A stretch of 64,000 nucleotides of DNA, from positions 9,777 to 73,776 of the forward strand of contig DATIJC010000002.1 in NCBI GenBank assembly GCA_035479015.1. The letters are read 5' to 3'. The notes beneath the pieces are model-generated. The model was not told the origin of the DNA. It made no database searches and was given only the letters and a program-made list of their open reading frames with translations. Below are positions 58,668 to 64,000 of this stretch, one piece after another; position 1 is the first letter of the stretch, and the number at the start of each line of letters is the position of its first letter. This DNA is from Patescibacteria group bacterium. Lineage in GTDB: Bacteria; Patescibacteriota; Microgenomatia; UBA1400; UBA12028. The position numbers and the translations under genes were made by a program.

Positions 58668-58698
58668 TTGCATGGATTCCTGCCTTCGCAGGAATGAC
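58668..58698. repeat. Palindromic REP/MITE-like element, copy F (inverted relative to E)
   Basis: The plus strand reads gttgcatggattcctgccttcgcaggaatgac. Confidence 0.65.
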
Positions 58699-58701
58699 AG
58701 G

Positions 58702-59487
58702 CTAAATATTTTTTTCAATCCATTTTGCAACGCCGTCATGGTCACAATCCTGCGTCATTTCATCTGCAATTGCTTTAATATCGTCGGTAGCATTTCCTAC
58801 AGCTACACTATGTCCGACTGCTAGCAAAAATTCCGCATCGTTACTACTATCACCAAATCCGACAATTTCTTCTTTCTCAATTCCCTGCAATGCACACCAT
58901 TTATTCAAGCCAAACACTTTCGTCACTCCCTGTGCAGTCACATCGGTATACTGTTTGCCATCATAGTTAGCCAGTACTTTATGTTCCACAGGCAGCTTTC
59001 CCAATGCGGTAGTAAAATCTGCATTTACCTGTGAGATGGTAACCAAAGGTACCGACTTGTCTGACAATTCGCTTAAGTCTCGCACGGGGGATTCTTTTTG
59101 TCCTGACAGAAAGTAGACAGACCTGTGTGCGCGAGCCTTTGCATTGCCATACATCTCTCTCCCCTTTTGGATCAAGATTCTGCACTCATATTTTTCGCTC
59201 AGTTCTATTATCCGCCTAACTATCACATCATCTATGAGTTTCTCGAATACCATCTCACCGTCATTTTTGAGAATCTGCCCGCCACCTGCCACCACGTGCA
59301 AATCCCTCTCAGAAAAAACTAATTCAAGCATTCCTCCGATAGTTGCAAGACACCGCCCCGTACAGACGCCAACTAGCAAACCAGATCGTGTGGCAGAGAT
59401 TATCGCAGCCTTGGTCCGCGGACTTACCTGCTTATGTGAATCCGTGAGTGTCTTGTCGACATCAAAGAGAAATGCTTTATACATCAT
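58702..59487 (-). CDS. HAD-IIB (Cof-like) sugar phosphatase
   Basis: Contains a DxD motif (FLFDVDKTLTD) and a C-terminal GDSSNDAEF motif. Confidence 0.7.
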   Translation of the reverse strand: MMYKAFLFDVDKTLTDSHKQVSPRTKAAIISATRSGLLVGVCTGRCLATIGGMLELVFSERDLHVVAGGGQILKNDGEMVFEKLIDDVIVRRIIELSEKYECRILIQKGREMYGNAKARAHRSVYFLSGQKESPVRDLSELSDKSVPLVTISQVNADFTTALGKLPVEHKVLANYDGKQYTDVTAQGVTKVFGLNKWCALQGIEKEEIVGFGDSSNDAEFLLAVGHSVAVGNATDDIKAIADEMTQDCDHDGVAKWIEKNI

Positions 59488-60728
59488 TGCCTGAGTGTAC
59501 CATCATGTGGAACGTGCGCAAAGATTGTCAGTGATGGGTAGACAGTCGCGTTTGCACCAATAAATTTACCCGGCATTGTACTCACACGCACGCCTATTCG
59601 CGCATTGTCTCCTATAATTGTTCCAAGCGCCTGCCGGCCGGTATCTGTCTTTTTTCCTTTTACATCGACAAAAATATTTCGTCGGTCGATCCGTTTGTTG
59701 GAGGAAATAAAACCTGCACCAATCGTTACACCGGTGCCAACTATAGAGTCCCCTAAGTATCCGTTGTGCATACTTGAGTGCTCTAAAATTATTGACCGTG
59801 CAACTTCGCTATGAGAACCAACTGAAGAGCCCTCTTCCAAACTGCTCCCCCGAATGAGTGAAAAGTCTCCGATGAAAACATCTTTACCGATGTAACACGG
59901 ACCTACTATCCGGCTCGCATGTCCGACATGTGCGCCGTTTTCGATATACACAGGACCGTTGTCGCTATCGATGACTGCAGTTTTTTCAACTGTTGCATAT
60001 GGTGACGTATAGTTCGGCATCTCTTCAAACAGATGGGACTGGAAATCAAACAAATGCCAAGGGAATTTCAATGACGGCAAAGGATCGGCGAGTTCTACCG
60101 CATGAACTGGGGATTTTGGAAAGTATTTATTTAGCGCTGCCTCAAAACTATACTCTTGCTTCTCCTCATCTTCCAAAACCTGTATGTAGTTTGGAGATAA
60201 ATAATACATGCCTTGAGCCATGAGATTTGAATTTTCTGTGCCTTGCTTTGGTTTCTCCACTATTCCGTTTATCCTCTTTCCATCCAAGGTAACGATTCCA
60301 TATAGCCATGGTTCTTGTGTGTATGTAACAGCAATTGCTCCACCGTTACCTGACTCCTCCACAAGTTGTAAAATCACCGTCCCTACATCAACCGATGAAG
60401 GAAATGTCACCGCAAACGGATCTTTACAATACTCGCGTGCATGCAAAACTGCATCGCCCATCCCCAGCGCTTCTGGCTGGAGAACGTAGTCTATGCGCAG
60501 TTTGAAATTATAGTCAGCTAAGAAACCCGAGAGGCCTTTACCCCCATAATCTTTAGGCGAGACTATCAACACTACTTGGTCAAAACCATTGTCTTGCAAG
60601 TTTTCGAGCGTTCGCACGACAATTGGCTTACCCAGAAGCGTCACTCCACCCTTGTGAGTCTGCGTGTTTAGTGGGAAAAACCGGCTATTTTCACCTGCAG
60701 CCAGGATAATGACGGTTGGAAGTTTCAT
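59484..60728 (-). CDS. Sugar-1-phosphate nucleotidylyltransferase with C-terminal left-handed beta-helix domain
   Basis: Has an N-terminal NTP-transferase motif (LAAGENSRFFPL...K) and C-terminal hexapeptide repeats. Confidence 0.7.
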   Translation of the reverse strand: MKLPTVIILAAGENSRFFPLNTQTHKGGVTLLGKPIVVRTLENLQDNGFDQVVLIVSPKDYGGKGLSGFLADYNFKLRIDYVLQPEALGMGDAVLHAREYCKDPFAVTFPSSVDVGTVILQLVEESGNGGAIAVTYTQEPWLYGIVTLDGKRINGIVEKPKQGTENSNLMAQGMYYLSPNYIQVLEDEEKQEYSFEAALNKYFPKSPVHAVELADPLPSLKFPWHLFDFQSHLFEEMPNYTSPYATVEKTAVIDSDNGPVYIENGAHVGHASRIVGPCYIGKDVFIGDFSLIRGSSLEEGSSVGSHSEVARSIILEHSSMHNGYLGDSIVGTGVTIGAGFISSNKRIDRRNIFVDVKGKKTDTGRQALGTIIGDNARIGVRVSTMPGKFIGANATVYPSLTIFAHVPHDGTLRQ

Positions 60729-60750
60729 GCCTTCATTCTAGCACGGCAAC

Positions 60751-62202
60751 TTACTCAAGAGCGTGGGTATTCACGCCCTTGGTCCAGTCGATCTCTGGAT
60801 GAGAGCTCAAGATCTCTTTGAGCGTCTTTTTCATCTCGTCGTAGACTGCTTGGGTTTTCCCTTCAAATTTGACCGTAATATACGGACCATTTTGTGACGC
60901 ACGGCAGATCGCCATACGATCGGGTAGATCAGCACGGACACCATCAATAGTCACGTATTTTGCGTCGGGCCAATGGGTTTTGAAATCACCTGCTATTACC
61001 GTTTCAATAAACTTGAACTTTATGTCATCGGCAAGACCAAACTTAATCTCCGGACTGCTTACATACACTGACAACTGCGAAGCTGCTTGTGAAAGCATTT
61101 CGTTTTTACGCTCAAGATATGAGAGCAATCGCAAACTTGCATATGCCGCATCATCATGACCGTAGTAGTTCTCCGTAAAGTAGATGTGTCCTGATAACTC
61201 GCCACCAAACGGGGCGCTCTCGGCCTTAACTTTGGCTTTAATAAACGAGTGACCGGTGATCCACATCACAGGCTTCCCACCTGCTGACTCAATGGCGTCG
61301 GTTACCTGCCTACTACACAGCGTGTTGTAAATTATCGAGCTTCCTGGCAAAAAGTCCAAGACATCTTTAGCAAACAACGCAACGATCGTATCCATCCACA
61401 ATGTGTTACCGTGTTCGTCTACGACAGCCATGCGGTCACCATCTGGATCATATGCAAAGCCAAGGTCTGCTCCTGCTGTCTTTACTCCCTCACCCAAACG
61501 CTTCAATACTTCTACTTCAGTTGGATCTGGGACACCAAGTGGGAAGTTTCCATCAAGCGTGCAGTTTTGTTCTATTACTTCACATCCAGCTTCCCGTAAA
61601 ATTTCCGGATAGAACTTCCCTGACGTTGTATTGCTTGCATCGATGACTACTTTCCATTTTTTTCCGAGGTGGAAATGTTTAAGTAAGTTTTTCTTGTAGG
61701 ATGGGAAAATATCTACCAGCGTATTTGTCCCATGCCCTTCGACGAATTTCTTGCCATCAACGAGCGCGCGAAACGCCAGGATATCTTCTGTCACCATTGT
61801 TTCGGAATATCCGGTACTAAGTTTCAATCCATTAAATTCTTTTGGATTGTGTGAAGCGGAAATCATCGCTCCACCCTTAGTTTTGAATTCGTATGAAGAG
61901 AAATAGACTATCTGTGATAGAGAGAGACCGAGGTCAAATGTGTTTATTCCACCTTCATTTAATCCTTGAATAAAAGCTTTTGAGTATGCATCACTGGTTA
62001 GACGGTTGTCCCGGCCAACAGATGCCTCGCCGATGCGGCGTGCCGATAAATATGTCGCATAGGCTCTGCCGAGGGTATACATCACATCCTCAGACAACTC
62101 TTTGTCCACCAATCCGCGAATGTCATAACCACGGAAAATAACCGGATTTACATCAACAACTTGCATACTATTTCCTTTCCAAGACTTATTAGAGTACACC
62201 AA
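60751..62202 (-). CDS. Phosphomannomutase/phosphoglucomutase
   Basis: Contains the active-site serine loop ISASHNPKEFNG and the Mg-binding motif DPDGDR. Confidence 0.8.
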   Translation of the reverse strand: MVYSNKSWKGNSMQVVDVNPVIFRGYDIRGLVDKELSEDVMYTLGRAYATYLSARRIGEASVGRDNRLTSDAYSKAFIQGLNEGGINTFDLGLSLSQIVYFSSYEFKTKGGAMISASHNPKEFNGLKLSTGYSETMVTEDILAFRALVDGKKFVEGHGTNTLVDIFPSYKKNLLKHFHLGKKWKVVIDASNTTSGKFYPEILREAGCEVIEQNCTLDGNFPLGVPDPTEVEVLKRLGEGVKTAGADLGFAYDPDGDRMAVVDEHGNTLWMDTIVALFAKDVLDFLPGSSIIYNTLCSRQVTDAIESAGGKPVMWITGHSFIKAKVKAESAPFGGELSGHIYFTENYYGHDDAAYASLRLLSYLERKNEMLSQAASQLSVYVSSPEIKFGLADDIKFKFIETVIAGDFKTHWPDAKYVTIDGVRADLPDRMAICRASQNGPYITVKFEGKTQAVYDEMKKTLKEILSSHPEIDWTKGVNTHALE

Positions 62203-62238
62203 ACGTGTTTAATAGGCCTGACAAACACCTGACCCATG

Positions 62239-62916
62239 CTACAACTCACTTACCCAAAGCGCAATTGCGCCAGACAGCGACAGAGCACTTGTCGAGGTCT
62301 TCTGCTGGCGGTCGATTTGTAGTAATTTTTCGTGCAGAGTCAGGAGCCGCTCCTGCGAGAAGTGCTTAGCTTGAGAGCGAAGTTTTTGAATCATAAACGG
62401 AGCACCAACTAATTTCCCGCCGGAGATAGCCAACAATAGTTGACGAACTTGTCGAATTAACATGGCAAATACCAACCCATCCTCGGACACAGACAACACT
62501 TTTTGTAAATCTTGAAGCGATCTCTCCTTCGGAATTGATCCAAGTTGTTCCAGCCATGAGAAAAGCAGCGCTGGTAGACGGAAAAGTTCAACCCTGGCCT
62601 TTGGGAATTTCTTCAGCTGAGGAATTGTGGCAATCTTTTTTTCGACACAGACAATTTCAGTTGTCGATCCAGCTACTAAATCCAATAATTCATCCTTGGC
62701 TTTTGATTTTGGCAAACCTAATAACCCATCTATTACCACAATCCTCTCTGTAGCAAAAAGTTGATCGGTACCAAGTAGGCTTTCAAGTTCTGGAAAATTT
62801 GTCCGTTTCGCATCTACCCGTTCAATTTGAACATGACGCGAAGTGGCATCAGAAAGTATCACCGAAAGCGCGCTGTGAATTTTTACCTCGTCATCGCCAT
62901 GCAAGATCCGGATCAT
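62239..62916 (-). CDS. holA: DNA polymerase III delta subunit-like (short form)
   Basis: 225 aa protein with weak HolA-like pattern (IRILHGDD...). The call is uncertain. Confidence 0.4.
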   Translation of the reverse strand: MIRILHGDDEVKIHSALSVILSDATSRHVQIERVDAKRTNFPELESLLGTDQLFATERIVVIDGLLGLPKSKAKDELLDLVAGSTTEIVCVEKKIATIPQLKKFPKARVELFRLPALLFSWLEQLGSIPKERSLQDLQKVLSVSEDGLVFAMLIRQVRQLLLAISGGKLVGAPFMIQKLRSQAKHFSQERLLTLHEKLLQIDRQQKTSTSALSLSGAIALWVSEL

Positions 62917-63619
62917 GAGCGTAGTTTACCTCATTATCGGTTACTTCTTCTTTTTCTTTTTTTATCAAGCTGGAGAGCACAGCTTCTACCGTCTTTTTTT
63001 TGTCAGCCTTGGAAATAAGTCCAGGCACTTCTATCACTACAGCGCTATCTGCAATGCCAGATTGTACTGACCAAGTCTCGATCGAGTGGTCACTCGGCTT
63101 ACTAAAAGACCACTTACAGTAACCATTCTTTACACGATAGCCAAGTGCCAAATCATCTGAATCATCAATACCTGTGAACAAGGGAATCTTTTGCACGGTG
63201 AGTTCGGTATGAAGGTTATTCCATACTTCGGCCGTGAGTCCACCGTGCGCGTCGTAAAGATAAAACGCGCTATTATCAGGATCCTCATGAAACGAGAGGA
63301 ATTGATCAAAGGAAAAGTCCGAGAGGAATTTGATAATGGCCCGAGATTCCTCACACCTGCCCTCGCCAATAAACGACCTGTTTACGTCCAACCCTTCACT
63401 ATTTTGGCGGGTTTTGTGGGCTGCGGCAGTAGGACTAAGCGACGGGATGTAAATAAAATCTGGCAATTTCTCTTCGTGCTTTTCCAAGTACGCTGTTATG
63501 AACGGAATACTTTCATACTCATTGCCATGAATACCGCTCCCGATGAGTAGTCGCGGATGTGTACCAGAGATGAAATATTCCAAATTTGTACGATCGCTCG
63601 TAAAGGTCTTGGTGACCAT
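62891..63619 (-). CDS. Succinylglutamate desuccinylase/aspartoacylase (M14-like) family protein
   Basis: Contains the zinc-binding motif GIHGNEYES and a downstream H/E pattern. Confidence 0.5.
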   Translation of the reverse strand: MVTKTFTSDRTNLEYFISGTHPRLLIGSGIHGNEYESIPFITAYLEKHEEKLPDFIYIPSLSPTAAAHKTRQNSEGLDVNRSFIGEGRCEESRAIIKFLSDFSFDQFLSFHEDPDNSAFYLYDAHGGLTAEVWNNLHTELTVQKIPLFTGIDDSDDLALGYRVKNGYCKWSFSKPSDHSIETWSVQSGIADSAVVIEVPGLISKADKKKTVEAVLSSLIKKEKEEVTDNEVNYAHDPDLAWR

Positions 63620-63716
63620 ATGTCCTCTCTTATCCCTCGTAGTCCCGCCTTGGCGGGACGAAGTGGGACTCTTCCCCTAACCATGAATCAATTGAGATTT
63701 GTGGCTACTTTCTTTA

Positions 63717-64000
63717 GGGAGTGGGAGGACTTTGACGGGGAGAATAATTTAAACGCGCCGACCCACACCCAAACGTTTGGAGTCGGGCAAAGGGCTAGCG
63801 CCACAATCAGACTGAGTCTGGGTGCGGGCAGCTACAAATAGTCGGTTGTATGAGCGTCTAACGTACATATCTAGAGGTAGTATAACAAAATTTGAAGTCT
63901 TTGTCATTTATGAACGGGACCGAGCATTCTTAAACGCTTGAACAAACTGGCTCCAAACGTCACTCCCCTCGCCCGCTTCCCAAGAATGTACTTCATTGGT
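63717..64000 (+). ncRNA. ssrA: Candidate tmRNA (ssrA), 5' portion, continuing beyond the window end
   Basis: GGGAGUGGGAGGACUUUGACGGGGAG resembles the tmRNA 5' end GGGGCUGAUUCUGGAUUCGACGGGA. AAAUAGUC followed by a short ORF-like stretch ending in UAA resembles a resume-codon region. The 3' tRNA-like end is not in the window. Confidence 0.3.

Noticed and set aside
63557-63841. 94-aa plus-strand ORF at the window end
   Set aside because: It overlaps the candidate tmRNA-like structured region, has no ribosome-binding site and no motif. It is more likely non-coding.

Overview
This 64 kb window is a low-GC (roughly 40%), gene-dense bacterial chromosomal segment that reads under the standard genetic code. 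The streamlined, largely fermentative gene content and a reduced RNase P RNA suggest a CPR/Patescibacteria-like organism; that is inference, not shown directly.

Housekeeping and DNA-repair genes dominate: uvrA, uvrB, a divergent lexA, recA-recX, recJ, rny, the CCA-adding enzyme, a truncated holA-like gene, miaA and a miaB-like gene. There are three aminoacyl-tRNA synthetases (gltX, aspS, metG) and five tRNAs: Gln-CTG, Gly-TCC, Arg-TCT, His-GTG with G-1 and an encoded CCA, and Pro-GGG.

Energy metabolism includes an ADP-forming acetyl-CoA synthetase convergent with a two-subunit 2-oxoacid:ferredoxin oxidoreductase. Envelope and sugar genes include rfbB/rmlD, an LCP protein, a DacA-like carboxypeptidase, an L,D-transpeptidase, an O-antigen-ligase-like protein, and a manA-PGI/PMI-HAD-nucleotidyltransferase-PMM cluster. 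Other genes: msrA/msrB, a CPx P-type ATPase, a MacA/MacB/FtsX-type efflux set and an S53 peptidase.

Non-coding calls read directly from the sequence are an RNase P RNA (minus strand, about 6552-6862), a T-box leader with a UGGC bulge upstream of aspS, and a possible 5' portion of tmRNA at the window end.

The most unusual observations are:
- A 7-nt tandem repeat (AAATTCC/AAAATCC) lies in frame within three unrelated housekeeping genes (korA-like, miaA, recJ), each time encoding an IPKSK(I/F)Q-like peptide.
- A family of about 32-bp palindromic REP/MITE-like elements (GTCATTCCTGCGAAGGCAGGAATCCAGTCAAC) occurs in at least seven copies with compensatory stem changes. One copy sits in frame inside the O-antigen-ligase-like gene, and two inverted copies bracket a hypothetical gene inside the efflux operon.
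- A motif AAAGTAG(A)GGGTAC is shared upstream of uvrA, in the lexA/uvrB divergent region, and in weaker form upstream of tRNA-Pro divergent from recA; it is a candidate SOS operator.
- A tRNA-Gln is flanked by an HNH endonuclease and a GIY-YIG nuclease and has a 13-bp direct repeat of its 3' end.

No CRISPR array, integrase or transposase was recognised.
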